Positions 35,401 through 48,418 of a stretch of DNA of 64,000 bases are shown in pieces; the stretch's first letter is position 1, and every line of letters begins with the position of its first letter. The stretch comes from Octopus bimaculoides (taxonomy: Eukaryota). Location of the stretch: contig NC_068984.1 of NCBI RefSeq assembly GCF_001194135.2, forward strand, positions 115,818,214 through 115,882,213, written 5' to 3'. Under the pieces are notes generated by a model. The model ran no database searches. It had not been told where the DNA came from and was given only the letters and a program-made list of their open reading frames with translations. The translations under genes and the position numbers were made by a program.

Positions 35401-35799
35401 GAATATAGTGTAATATTTTGATGGTTCGTTGGTGTTTACGCTGCAGCTGAATCTTATTTTATTTTTATTCAGTGTCCTTCACATTACTGTAATTCCTGGA
35501 ATTCAGTTTATATTTCATTCCTCAATATTGTCTTTCTGAAGTGTGGGTAGGAATATTTGGACAAAAATACGGTTTATACATTTACTTTTGTGGTTAGTTT
35601 ATTGGTTTTTTAACTTTGACAAAAGGCCACGCATTATGGGATGGAAAATAGTCGATTTAACATTGGAATCCAGCTTGTAGTATTCTATCTATGTGTATCC
35701 AAATTTACCTCGAATCAAAACAACTATTTTAAAAATAAAGAGACATCAAATATACTCCCTAAATGCTATTTTTGATATAAAGAAACGATATCTTTTCTA

Positions 35800-36105
35800 A
35801 TGTGCTTGTTTCAATCATTAGGCTGCAGTCATGGGGTGAGGGAACAAATACAGACACAAAGACACACTCACACACACACGCACAAGCACACACACACACA
35901 CACACGACATATGTATATACACATTGATATAAATGTATACGACGAGCTTCTTTCAGTTTCCGTCAACCAAATCTACTCACAAAACTTTAGTTGGCACGAG
36001 GTTATAATAGAAGATACTATCCCAAGATGCCACGAAGTGGGGACTGAACCTGGAACCATGTGCTTGGGAAGCAAACTTCTTACCACACAGCCACGCCTGC
36101 ACCTA
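35800..36105 (-). mobile_element. Older SINE family C copy
   Basis: gggactgaacctggaaccatgtg...ttaccacacagccac head and cttctttcagtttccgtc body. Confidence 0.8.
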
Positions 36106-37156
36106 ATGATTAGAATATCTTTGATTAGAGGGTTGCTTGATCAACGCCCACTTACGGTGAATAGCGAGTTATCTTATCAACCAATTGATATAAAAATCAG
36201 TCGGTCCCTACGTGATTTCAGCTTAAAACATAAACTTGAGTAAGATTCGTACCACTTATAGTCCATCACACCGCCATTTATGCCATCCGTCTTCCTGTGT
36301 TAATATGTTAAATATTGTTCTGGCTTCTTCAGACATAAAATGATTGATATTAAGTTTCCTAAGTTTAATGATTTAGGAGAATGTATTTTGTTATACGTTT
36401 GCAGGCTTCAGTTATGATTGTATGAAAGAAATCATGCTGTTGTTCTTTAGCCCCAGGTTAGTCCTGATTGAGTAAACATTGGATCAAAGGTATTTAAGCC
36501 ACAACCATTCTAAGGTTATATAGTCAAATATGTTCCATTTGTAACATGAGAACATGTGATTTCAGATAATTTGGCTACTATTTTTACAACATTTGGTTCT
36601 TGCATGAAAAAATTAAATATGATAAAACACGGGTCATTATCAAAGGAAATCAGGACTTCTTATTCGTTGAATATTGACAGGCAACTTGAATTAGGGGCCA
36701 CCTCAATATCTGTCACTGAGGGTAAAAGCTCTCGTATACCATATTACATCGCGATAATTCTTTATAACTTTATAAATAACTAACAAGACCGATAAAATGA
36801 ATAAACTTCAATACATGTAGGACAGGAATGTCAGACATAGGATCCATGGTAATGTTTAGTCTGACCCAAGACACAATTTTATATAAAACAATATCTTAAT
36901 ATATTTTGATTTAAAAAATTCTGTAAAATATATATCACGAGGAATGTGTTCAGAGTCGGAACCCAACAAGATTCATGTGTAACATGTTTCTGTTTTGTTA
37001 AATTAGCAAGTTTCTAGCGATTATGGATCACAGTTCAGGTAAAACAGTTGATGTTTCTCTCAATCGCTGCTCTTCTCAAGAATTCTATGCATTTATTGGA
37101 ATACTTTTTATCTTCGTTTTCTCACTCTAACATTCAAATGAGTTTTAATAACAAGG

Positions 37157-37237
<81 letters not shown>

Positions 37238-37721
37238 GGAAAATAGAAGTTGAAAATGCACTGAGAACAGTTAAAATATTTTTTTATTATTATATTTAAA
37301 GATTTAACGGGTTTCACAGCTTACACTGATTTAAAAAAAGTGGAAATAGAAAGACGTGGCTTATGTCGCAACTGTTTTGCTTCTGACTAGTGTTTGAAGC
37401 TTGTCCTATTTTTATAGGGATTTCATGGCTCAAATTAGTATATGTTTTGAATAGGACTTGATTGATAGAGGAAAGTCACATGACTGGTCTTGGAAATCTT
37501 TGTAGGTTCCCCGCTGCGTTCGTGTGTTAGTATCAAGTGACAATGTTTGGCGTTGTAAGTTATGGCTAACACGGTTGACTGAGCATGTCTAGTGACGGTA
37601 CCGAATAACCAACGTTCTGAATTATTTCTGTCAAGTGTTTGTAGAGAATGAACACGTGATTAAGTTTACAAGCTTTTGCACGTTTCCCGCTACGTCTGTG
37701 CGTTAGTTCACGTGACAGTAT

Positions 37722-38098
37722 TGTTGTTGTTGTTGTTGGCATTCCGTCGCTTACGACGTCGAGGGTTCCAGTTGATCTGATCAACGGAAATTAACGTGCA
37801 AGTGGCTGAGCACTCCAGAGACACGTGTACCCTTAACGTAGTTCTCGGGGATATTCAGCATGACACAGTATGACAAGGGCGACACTTTGAATTACAGGCA
37901 CAACAGAAATAGGAAGTAAGAGTGAGAGAAAGTTGTGGTGAAAGAGTACAGCAGGGTTCGCCACTATCCCCTGCCGGAGCCTCGTGGAACTTTAGGTGTT
38001 TTCGCTCAATAAACACTCACAACGCCCGGTCTGGGAATCGAAACAGCGATCCTATGTCCGCGAGTCCGCTGCCCTAACCACTGGGCCATTGCGCCTCC
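37722..38098 (-). mobile_element. SINE family B with a 13-bp TSD
   Basis: TSD CACGTGACAGTAT at 37709-37721 and 38099-38111; (TTG)n tail on the plus strand. Confidence 0.92.
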
Positions 38099-38496
38099 CA
38101 CGTGACAGTATATTTTGCGCCGAAAATGAAGGCCAATAAAGTTTGAGTGAACATGTTTAGCCACAATCAAGGCCCTGTAAGGCATCACATAATCTCTCTT
38201 ACGTCATCAGTCTTGCTGAACTTCCCAAGTATTTATATAAAATGAAGTGATTATTAATTGGTGGTACATGTCAACTGAGAAACATTTATGAATGCTGCTT
38301 TAACATTCAGTAATAAATTCTGTTACGACAAATAAAAAACATATATATTAAGTACACAGTCTGCATCATGATTTATGGTCTATTGTACAATATTAACTAA
38401 CACAGCCATGGACAGGATAACGGTAAACTGCATTTACGCATATATCGGCGATATCAACCGATAATCAAATTGCACACACACATACATACGCCACAC

Positions 38497-38553
<57 letters not shown>

Positions 38554-38554
38554 A

Positions 38555-39426
38555 ACGAGGTGCGTTCCAGAATTTTTGAGACTTTCTTTTTGTAGAAGTA
38601 GTTATAGCTGTGCTACTTTATTGTTATTTTAGTATATCATTGCTATACGTCTACTAAGCTAACCGGCCAGCAAGTTTTCTGTCTCGGATTGAAGGAGACA
38701 TCTGTAACAGCGTTTTGAACACAACCTACTAGACACAGCTTGTCATAGTTGACCAGTTTGCAGAATGCAGCAGTGACGTTTGGAAGCTCGCTATACAATA
38801 AAATAAAACAGCTACAGAATCTTATGAAATGCTACAGACTGCTTGAGCAGTCTCAAATGCTCTAGACTTGTTTGAGCCGAGCATCTGTGTTTCGCTGTCA
38901 CAAGAGGCCAGGCATGGCAAGGTGACTAGGAAGTGTATGGGTATCCTATTTTTCGACAGCAAGGATACCATCTATATCGACTGGCTTTCCTCTGGTAAGT
39001 CGGCCAACAAAGAATATCTTGTGGGGGTTTTGAATGAGTTCAGGAAGAGATTTCGTCGCAAAAGGCCTGCTGCTTGCTCTAGTATAATACACGAGTCCAC
39101 AATTCCATGCTTGTAACTAAATACTTGACAGAGATGAACATCAACATTTTTCTTACCCTCCCTACAGAACAGATCTTGTTCCCTGTGATTTTGGTTGTTC
39201 TTTAATCTGAAGCGGGAAGATGGAAAAGGCTGTGAAAAAAGTTCTACACACCTTGACTTTGGCCAACTCCCATGGTGGCCTTCTCGAAATAACTGGAGAG
39301 CTACGACAAATTCATTGAAGTCAGAGCATTCTATTTTGAAGGAGATTAGAGTTTTGTACTTTTTCGAAATTAATAAATGTTTCTCCTGAAAATGTCTCAA
39401 ATCTCCTGGAATATAACTTATTCGTA
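38555..39426 (+). mobile_element. Internally deleted mariner transposon remnant
   Basis: KVTRKCMGILFFDSKDTIYIDWLSSGKSANKEYLVGVLNEFRKRFRRKRP (catalytic domain) and KFIEVRAFYFEGD* C-terminus. Degenerate TIRs acgaggtgcgttccagaatttttgagac / gtctcaaatctcctggaatataacttattcgt. Confidence 0.75.
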
Positions 39427-39529
39427 CATTTTAATTAAAACAGTCCCATACAAAGCATTTAATTTCGTTGGAGAATATCATAAGGAATAAATATTTGCAG
39501 CGTAAAATGCATTTGTACCAATACTTTCA

Positions 39530-39715
39530 GGGCCATCAGTTTTAAGAAAATGTGTTAGTCGATTAGATCAACCTCAGGACTAGATTCGCACTCTATTTTG
39601 TTTCTATTGACCCTGGAAGGATGAAAGTCAGCAAGTAACAACGGTGGGATTTGCAGCACAAAATACAACCATGTAAACAGTGGAAACAAATACCGCAAAG
39701 ATTTTTTACAGCACT
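39530..39715 (-). mobile_element. Degenerate SINE family A
   Basis: ttagtcgattagatcaacc...gaccctggaaggatgaaag. Confidence 0.55.
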
Positions 39716-40390
39716 TTCGACTCTATCATTACACCAGCTTCGTATTTAAGCAAATAATAAACGAGGATGAGGATGATAGAATTAGGGAAAGGAGTGAAAG
39801 AATGCAAATGAGTATATGATGGTAGAACATAAAATGGTAGAACAATGTTAATGAGAATGTATCTGTGATAGAGTAAGAGAAAATATCAAATGAGTTGGAA
39901 AGTGTATATATGGATTCAGCAATAGGTACGTGATGGTAGTTCAATTATTTTCGTCGATGTTAAAGGGGGAGGATAATGATGATGATAATCATGATGACCA
40001 CGATGATGATGAGGGTGAGGAGGATAAGGAGAATGAGGACGAGGAGGAGAGGAATTAGAAGAATGATATTGAAGAGGTTGAGTGATAAAATACTGATTGA
40101 TTAAGCAAAGCCATGTGAGGAACTATGGCAGATGAATGACTCCTTAAGTTTTTATTTTATATGGCTGTGCGGGTAGGAAGTTCGCATTGAAGCCATCTGT
40201 GTGTTTCGTTCCTCCCGTCCAAGATCTAGTGGTTCGAGAGAAGCTGGTCAATAGAGTACGTAACAGAGTCAAAACAAGTCTACTTGTTCCACTAAAAGCT
40301 CTAGGGTGGTGTTCCAGCACAGCCGTAGAAACACAGACTGAAACAACTGAAAAACTACACTAAATATAACAATATTCACACTCACACATA

Positions 40391-40420
40391 TCTATATCTA
40401 TATATAAAAATGAGAATGTG

Positions 40421-40460
<40 letters not shown>

Positions 40461-40461
40461 G

Positions 40462-40503
<42 letters not shown>

Positions 40504-41438
40504 GTGAATCCCTAATACTCGAGAACTACGCAACCAATTTCATTCAAATTTTACACATGCNNNNNNNNNNNNNNNNNNNNNNNNNNNNNNNNNNNNNNNN
40601 NNNNNNNNNNNNNNNNNNNNNNNNNNNNNNNNNNNNNNNNNNNNNNNNNNNNNNNNNNNNNNNNNNNNNNNNNNNNNNNNNNNNNNNNNNNNNNNNNNNN
40701 NNNNNNNNNNNNNNNNNNNNNNNNNNNNNNNNNNNNNNNNNNNNNNNNNNNNNNNNNNNNNNNNNNNNNNNNNNNNNNNNNNNNNNNNNNNNNNNNNNNN
40801 NNNNNNNNNNNNNNNNNNNNNNNNNNNNNNNNNNNNNNNNNNNNNNNNNNNNNNNNNNNNNNNNNNNNNNNNNNNNNNNNNNNNNNNNNNNNNNNNNNNN
40901 NNNNNNNNNNNNNNNNNNNNNNNNNNNNNNNNNNNNNNNNNNNNNNNNNNNNNNNNNNNNNNNNNNNNNNNNNNNNNNNNNNNNNNNNNNNNNNNNNNNN
41001 NNNNNNNNNNNNNNNNNNNNNNNNNNNNNNNNNNNNNNNNNNNNNNNNNNNNNNNNNNNNNNNNNNNNNNNNNNNNNNNNNNNNTAGCTGGTCTTCTCTT
41101 GGAAGAGCCCTGCTTCTCACATGGACAATTGTATGTTGGCTGCTCAAGAGTGGGCAGCAACAAAAAACCTATTTGTATATTCTCCACAAGGGAAAACAAG
41201 GAACATAGTTTACAATGAGGTGTTATAATCACAACAGCAAGAAAGTATGTACATGATCACCTTCTTTTACGAAACTTCATTGACTTTCATATATTTATAT
41301 TGATATACATATATATACGTGTGTTTGGGTGCGTGTGTGTATATACATCTCTATATATAAAGATGATGCGTAGTCTAGACGGCGTTTTTAGATTTCATTA
41401 TTCTCTTTAACCCGGGCAACGCCGGGTATTTCTGCTAG
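40391..41438 (+). mobile_element. Non-autonomous Helitron carrying the Pif1-like helicase C-terminus (interior in N-gap)
   Basis: 5' A|TC start and (TCTG)n; AGLLLEEPCFSHGQLYVGCSRVGS(fs)NLFVYSPQGKTRNIVYNEVL*; hairpin ACCCGG...CCGGGT (41410-41427) 11 nt before CTAG|T. Confidence 0.9.
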
Positions 41439-41642
41439 TATGCAATAAAAGTTGCTTAGTCTGATCACTTAGGCACGAAGTTCTTTTGATCAAAATAGCT
41501 CTGATAAACGTTATCGACTGTCTGTATGTGTACGTGTGTGTCTACATATGTGTGAGTGTGTGCGTGTGTGTGTGTGTGTGTGCGTGTGTGTGTGTGCATG
41601 TGTATTGCATATATATGTGTATGTAAATTGTATGTATATATA

Positions 41643-41978
41643 CAGTGGCGAAGAGGCCAGGTTGCCAGCTTGCCCGATGGCAAGTGGGTCCATGCGCCAT
41701 CAGAATCCATATATGGGACCCCATTTTAGTACCTAAGGGGCTCATCCCCTCAAGTTTGAGAATTTTTTATTCACTCCTGGAGGAATGCCTTAATTATTTC
41801 AGCCTGATTGTGTTTGTAGACATGAAAAGAATACTTTTAACAAAAAAAAAAAAAGAAAAAAAATTAAATGATAGTTGTAGTTGCAGGTAGGCCCCCTTAT
41901 AGCTGCGGGTGGGTTCCCTTGTAGTTGCGTGTAGATCCCCTTAGTCTCCTGGTAGCCAATATTGTAGACCTAGTCCGC

Positions 41979-41983
<5 letters not shown>
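41643..41983. mobile_element. hAT-like MITE inserted in (TA)n
   Basis: Ends CAGTGGCGAA... / ...TCCGCCACTA; TA-repeat flanks are compatible with a TATATATA TSD. Confidence 0.55.
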
Positions 41984-42027
<44 letters not shown>

Positions 42028-43064
42028 TGTCCTGGCTATTAAATGTTCGAGTACTGCGGTAGCCCATTGTTCTTTTGTTAGACGCTTTGTCATTAGCCAT
42101 CAAAATTCGAATATTGCGTAAAAACAGTTTGTGTATACTGTTTCTTTACAAAGACATAATGCAGTATAAATTCCTGTTTCAGTTTTGTCACATGTTTTCT
42201 TTTTAGCTGCTGTCGAATGCATCACTCTCATTTACACATCAGATATATTTATTAAGATATTCTTTCATACAAAGTACATTGACTTGCTGTTATATCATAA
42301 ACCGTGTTACATTTCGGACTGTACTATTGAATGTCGTGTTAAACATAAGTTTACTGTGTTTTTTCAAACACTCTACCTATTATCATGAAGTGTAAACGAG
42401 TGAATTCTGCTATTACGTACATGTAATGCAATGTCTAAAGAAGAAGAAATTTATAAATTTATAGGATTGGAATAGAAATTAGCAATAATTATCAAGCTTA
42501 AAAGTAGTGTTATCAAAAGCTGAATTAGTCCTAGATAGCCTACAATATCGGTGAATCACGTGTGCAATTATTCGTAACAGGAAGGTTTATAAAGGAGAGG
42601 GACACAGTGCTACACCACCTTTGAATTTCCAAACAAGAAACCGGAGTGATGTGATGATTGAAGATGCAGATCTTTTGTTAACATAGATCGAAGATTGCAA
42701 TCAAATATTTATTGCAACCTTTCTGCAGCTTCTTATTCTCAATACAGAAATTTTAAAAGATCTAACACTCACAAATTTATAAAATCCAAGTCCACGCTGT
42801 TCGATTTCTTAAATAGGGTTTGTAATGATTGCATGAAGATTTATCGAGGTAAGTACTGAGAAATAATGCAATTATTTCGTAGTTTTTATTGTTTTTTATA
42901 AGGCAGAATCTTCAACTTTCTTTTGTATTAAAGTACTAGCGATAGATTCCTGTGGTGTACCAACTCTGTAGAAAGGGAGATGGTAAGCGTATTTGTGCAA
43001 TAGAAAGAGAAAGACTGTGATACAAAGAGAGCGTGAGTCATAGAGAGATAGAGAGAGTGTATGT

Positions 43065-43096
<32 letters not shown>

Positions 43097-43386
43097 GAGA
43101 GTGAGTAACTGGGAAAGAGAGATAGATAGATAGATAAATAGATAGATAGATAGATAGATAGAGAAAGAGATTGAAACGAAAGCTATTGATATTGGCGTTG
43201 GTAGCTAATATTATTAAAGTAATGCGGTTAGATGTTGTACTGAAGTTCCAGTCATTTGCAAAATGTATTTAATGCACTTCCTTATAAACACAGACACACA
43301 CGCTCACACACACCCATGCACACACATGTACACACACACATAAACGCGCGCGCACACACACACACACATACACGAACACATATGTA

Positions 43387-43429
<43 letters not shown>

Positions 43430-44089
43430 GTTTTAGGGAAAATAACCAAGTTTCAAGAACTCATCGATGAAAATCCACTATCACATATAGAAAAATTAAT
43501 AATTAAAAGCATAATAAATGAGTATAATATATATTTTATATATATTTTATCTATAAAGCTCAATTTAATTTTAATTTTTTATAAATTGATTTTAATTGAG
43601 TTTTTACCTGTAATTTGGGATTTTGTCCCTAATATTATTATATATATATATATATATATATGTACAAAACTTGAAAACAACATTAAAATGACAATTTGAT
43701 CTTTAATACTTGGTTGCTGTTTCTCATTAAACCGTGGAATACCCACAGGGCCTTTTAGTACTTTATATTTACCTATAGAGATAGATTGCATGCGTGTAAC
43801 AGATTCAAAGACCGATCATCTTCAAATCAAGGGCTACCGGCATGCTTTCAGCAGTTAAATTAAAGGAGAAATAAACAAGAGGAAACAAAAAATATATATT
43901 GAAATTTTGTATACCTTAATACAGTTAAAAACAATTTTGGAATCCATACAGTTAGGGATAGTAGATGAAAATGTAAGTGCGGATGATACTGCTGCAGTTA
44001 GATATTGTACTGAACTGTTAAATAAATATTAAACCATTTGGTTACGTGATATTGACAAAACAGGGTTATTTGGGAAACGATTCATCAGT

Positions 44090-44460
44090 ACAAGTGATAT
44101 GGCGTAGGAAAGAACATTGAAACCGAGGTTGGAAAGGACTAATGAATTAGTTGAGTTGCATGATGTGGATGTCAATGATAAAGACGTTTTAAATTAAGGG
44201 CAGCGAAGGGCACATTGTGAAGATGATGGCAAAAAGGGAACAGAGGAAACTTGAGACGCGAGCCGAAAGATATTCAATTAAAGAACTGAAGGCAATAATT
44301 CTAAAATGTTAGAAGATACAAAGCAAATTATAACGAAGGCGGATCCAATTTGTTGAGAAGGAGTTATAGAAGTTTGGAAAGAAAGAAGTACTCTCTACTG
44401 CAATGGGTCATGCATAAAAGGGAAGATCAATAACAAAATTCGAAGCAAATATCGCTTTTA
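44090..44460 (+). mobile_element. Possible Tigger/pogo transposase C-terminal remnant
   Basis: TNELVELHDVDVNDKDVL...MLEDTKQIITKADP resembles the ELL.SH..ELT.EDL...D.DPN tail; heavily frameshifted. Confidence 0.3.
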
Positions 44461-45908
44461 CAGTACTTGAACAACGTTTTCCGCATGTCTTTAATAATAC
44501 TAAAAAACTCAAATCTTTATCCAATCCGTTACCTGCGTTCTTATTTATATCGGTTCTCATACAACAAGCAAAGTAACTAGTTAGAAAATCTCAATAAGAG
44601 ATGAAATTAGTAACTATACTGAGAAATAATGCTTATCGCCACATCAATATGGCTGTTCGACGTTACTACCGTTTTAACAAGTAGGGTTTTTCAAGAATTA
44701 AAAGCCTAGCCGTCATTCGACAATTTTACATTACACTTCGGTACTCAAATTCTGTAGTGTTCTTTAGTCACTTTTGCCACCGTGTGTTGTAAGCAGGGTA
44801 CTCGAACGCGTGCGTGTAAAAATCGAAATGGTGCACGGAAACAATAAACAGCAAAGGACAAATTAGACATGGTCAGCCATGGAGACCAGAATCTTCACCC
44901 TCTCGGCACATTTAATTTCTAAAGTCTTTGCATTCTATGGAACTATTCCTCAGACTGCGCCAATAAAATTTCATATCACTGAATTTATTCGCGTTACACA
45001 AACAGGACTAACAATGTACGTAACAACAAAATGCAAGGGAAACAGGAAAACCCCGGATATTTACATCTAAAATAGTTAAATTGAATGCGTATACACACGC
45101 ACACACACACACATTAATATATCTTTTACATTTGACGTATGGCAGGTTTTGTAAGCACTTAATTTTACACTCAGTGAAAGTATCTACTTACATTGGTAAC
45201 TACATTAAAACCCATTCCTTGCCCCTTGAAAATGTCCATGAAACTTTTACTAAGGGCGTGTGGGGGGTGATCAACGCAGTTGTATGATACGCTCAATCCA
45301 TCATCTCAGTGCAAGTTGATGCTGGAATTAGCGAAATTAGTTTTAAGTGATTCAGAATATACAGGCCAACTAGATTGCATAAGTCAACGTTATCTTAATA
45401 CACATCAAGTCATCAAACAGATCCACAGATTTAGATTTCTTGATTCAGGTTTGGTTTTACGTGCATACGAGATTAACACAATCTCAGCTTCATGAATGCT
45501 TACACGAATACTAAGAAATTTTATGAACGTAATCTGTGGATGTTTAGATATCAGTAAGGAGAAGTACACAACATCGACTTGTCATTGGAGCTGTAGCCTT
45601 AATTCTGGCTTTGAGCGAACTGCTAACCGTGTTACTGCTAGTTCATTGCTTTAAGCTCAGTTATAATCGTGACGTTGTTATTTATATATCTTAGCAGTTT
45701 TGCAAATATGAATAACCTATAGGAAATGCCTAAAAATGAAATATGAAATATTCATTGGATGTAATCACGTTGATAAATTTATACAAATATACAAAACTAG
45801 TACAAAATTCTGTCGTTGCTAAACTATCGTCTACTTCGATAGACACTCGGAAATTAACGTTTCTCAGATTTCCTTACGCATATTTGAGAGTGATTTTTGT
45901 ATTGGACG

Positions 45909-45984
<76 letters not shown>

Positions 45985-46019
45985 ATATACATATATTCTT
46001 TATTCTTTTCCTATTTTCT

Positions 46020-46735
46020 TTTATGCGCTTTACCCATGGGATTGCAGTTATGCTGGAGCACCACTGTTACTATGTACCCTTCCTACAGTTTTTTTTATGT
46101 GGTCGATTTCTTTTCGGTAGTGGGATTTCTTATCACCATTCTTTTACTTCATATTTTTCTTGGTTGTTGACACATTTGGTGTACGATAGTGTGCTTTCGT
46201 CTGTACTTCATGTCTGAATGTTGGCTCGTCTGTTATCGTTGATGGGAAAATTTCCAATTTCTTTTGGAAGACGTCCACATTCACATTATGTTGCTTCCTT
46301 AAGTTTTGTGACAGAACATTGAAGAGCAGTGGGTTTTTGAATCTTAAGCTTTTGCAGTTCATGGTCTCACTTTAGATGGAGTCAACGGTACATTTCGTAC
46401 TACGTAGTGGCGTCCAGTGAGGGGACTTGTATATAAATCTTAATACCGAAGTTAGGTACGAACTCTTCCAGGATTTTTCACATGTAAATTATCAAATATC
46501 TCCCGAGCTTTTGCTCCAGGATGTAAAGTCATAGATTGTTTTCAGCCTCTCCCAATATTTCAATCGCTGCACTGTGGCTGTCTTTTTAGTGAAGTGGCGC
46601 TTGACCGCTTCGAGATCCGCTGTTAGCTTGACACTATGCAGTGACCACAGCAGAGAGAAATAATCTAGGCAGATGAGAACAAATGTCTTCCGAAATAGTT
46701 TCACTAAAGCCTGTTTACATGAGTGCAAGAGAATA
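46020..46735 (-). mobile_element. CR1/L2-group LINE 3' remnant (ORF2 C-terminus plus 3' UTR)
   Basis: LFRKTFVLICLDYFSLLWSLHSVKLTADLEAVKRHFTK...YWERLK, then SLRFKNPLLFNVLSQNLRK...FQKKLEIFPSTITDEP. The 3' UTR contains gtggtgctccagcat. Confidence 0.8.
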
Positions 46736-48056
46736 GCTGGGAAACTACCTGAGCCGGTGGTTGTATTTTAGCTAACTTCATCTACAATCACTATTTTATT
46801 TACCTCATGAATATAAATGCAATCGATTTTTGCTATCTTCCTCTTCAGAGCCTGAATGTCAAAGAACACAGCGGAGTTATTTTGCACGTGTCCCACTGGA
46901 GATGTAAAAACATTTTTGAATTGTTCACAGAGAAATTCACTTATCCTTTTCAGATCTGCGGCCGGTGAGCCGTGCCCTTGTTCTTGTGTTTCCCGCAGCT
47001 CTGTTCTCTCGCTCTCTATCTCTCTCCACCTTCTCGATTCTTTCGTATTTATGAGAGAGTGAGTTGGCCTCTTTCTGACAATTTCTCAAAAAAAACAACA
47101 AAAAACAAAAAAACAAAAACAAAAACATTGAGAATTACTTCGGTTTAATTTTACTGTTATTAAAACTCGACATAAATACAACCACTATATATATATATGT
47201 ATATATNNNNNNNNNNNNNNNNNNNNNNNNNNNNNNNNNNNNNNNNNNNNNNNNNNNNNNNNNNNNNNNNNNNNNNNNNNNNNNNNNNNNNNNNNNNNNN
47301 NNNNNNNNNNNNNNNNNNNNNNNNNNNNNNNNNNNNNNNNNNNNNNNNNNNNNNNNNNNNNNNNNNNNNNNNNNNNNNNNNNNNNNNNNNNNNNNNNNNN
47401 NNNNNNNNNNNNNNNNNNNNNNNNNNNNNNNNNNNNNNNNNNNNNNNNNNNNNNNNNNNNNNNNNNNNNNNNNNNNNNNNNNNNNNNNNNNNNNNNNNNN
47501 NNNNNNNNNNNNNNNNNNNNNNNNNNNNNNNNNNNNNNNNNNNNNNNNNNNNNNNNNNNNNNNNNNNNNNNNNNNNNNNNNNNNNNNNNNNNNNNNNNNN
47601 NNNNNNNNNNNNNNNNNNNNNNNNNNNNNNNNNNNNNNNNNNNNNNNNNNNNNNNNNNNNNNNNNNNNNNNNNNNNNNNNNNNNNNNNNNNNNNNNNNNN
47701 NNNNNNNNNNNNNNNNNNNNNNNNNNNNNNNNNNNNNNNNNNNNNNNNNNNNNNNNNNNNNNNNNNNNNNNNNNNNNNNNNNNNNNNNNNNNNNNNNNNN
47801 NNNNNNNNNNNNNNNNNNNNNNNNNNNNNNNNNNNNNNNNNNNNNNNNNNNNNNNNNNNNNNNNNNNNNNNNNNNNNNNNNNNNNNNNNNNNNNNNNNNN
47901 NNNNNNNNNNNNNNNNNNNNNNNNNNNNNNNNNNNNNNNNNNNNNNNNNNNNNNNNNNNNNNNNNNNNNNNNNNNNNNNNNNNNNNNNNNNNNNNNNNNN
48001 NNNNNNNNNNNNNNNNNNNNNNNNNNNNNNNNNNNNNNNNNNNNNNNNNNNNNNNN

Positions 48057-48100
<44 letters not shown>

Positions 48101-48134
48101 TGTGTGTGTGTCTGTGTGTACGTATAGGTGTGCG

Positions 48135-48418
48135 CGCATGTATGAGTGTGGCAGAATAGTCCGTGAAGAGGGACAAAATGCTTAACGGCATTTCGTCCGT
48201 CTTTACGTTCAGCGTTTATATTCTTCTGATAGTCGACTTCATCTTGCATCATTTCGGCGTCGTTAAGTTAAGGACCAGTTGAGTACTAGGATCGATGTAA
48301 TCGACTTGCATCCTCTCCACAAATTGCGCCTATAGTTGAAAGAATTATACATAAAAGCGGTGCTCCAGCATGGTCGCAGTCAAATGACAGAAACAAGTAC
48401 ATGAATAAAGGAATAAAA
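48135..48418 (+). mobile_element. SINE family A copy followed directly by a family C-type 3' tail
   Basis: A body to ~48345, then aaagcggtgctccagcatggtcgcagtcaaatgacagaaacaagta. Confidence 0.7.

Noticed and set aside
43780-43860. Possible hammerhead ribozyme cores (also ~55305-55345)
   Set aside because: CTGANGA and GAAA boxes are incomplete and stems do not close; cannot be supported without a covariance-model search.
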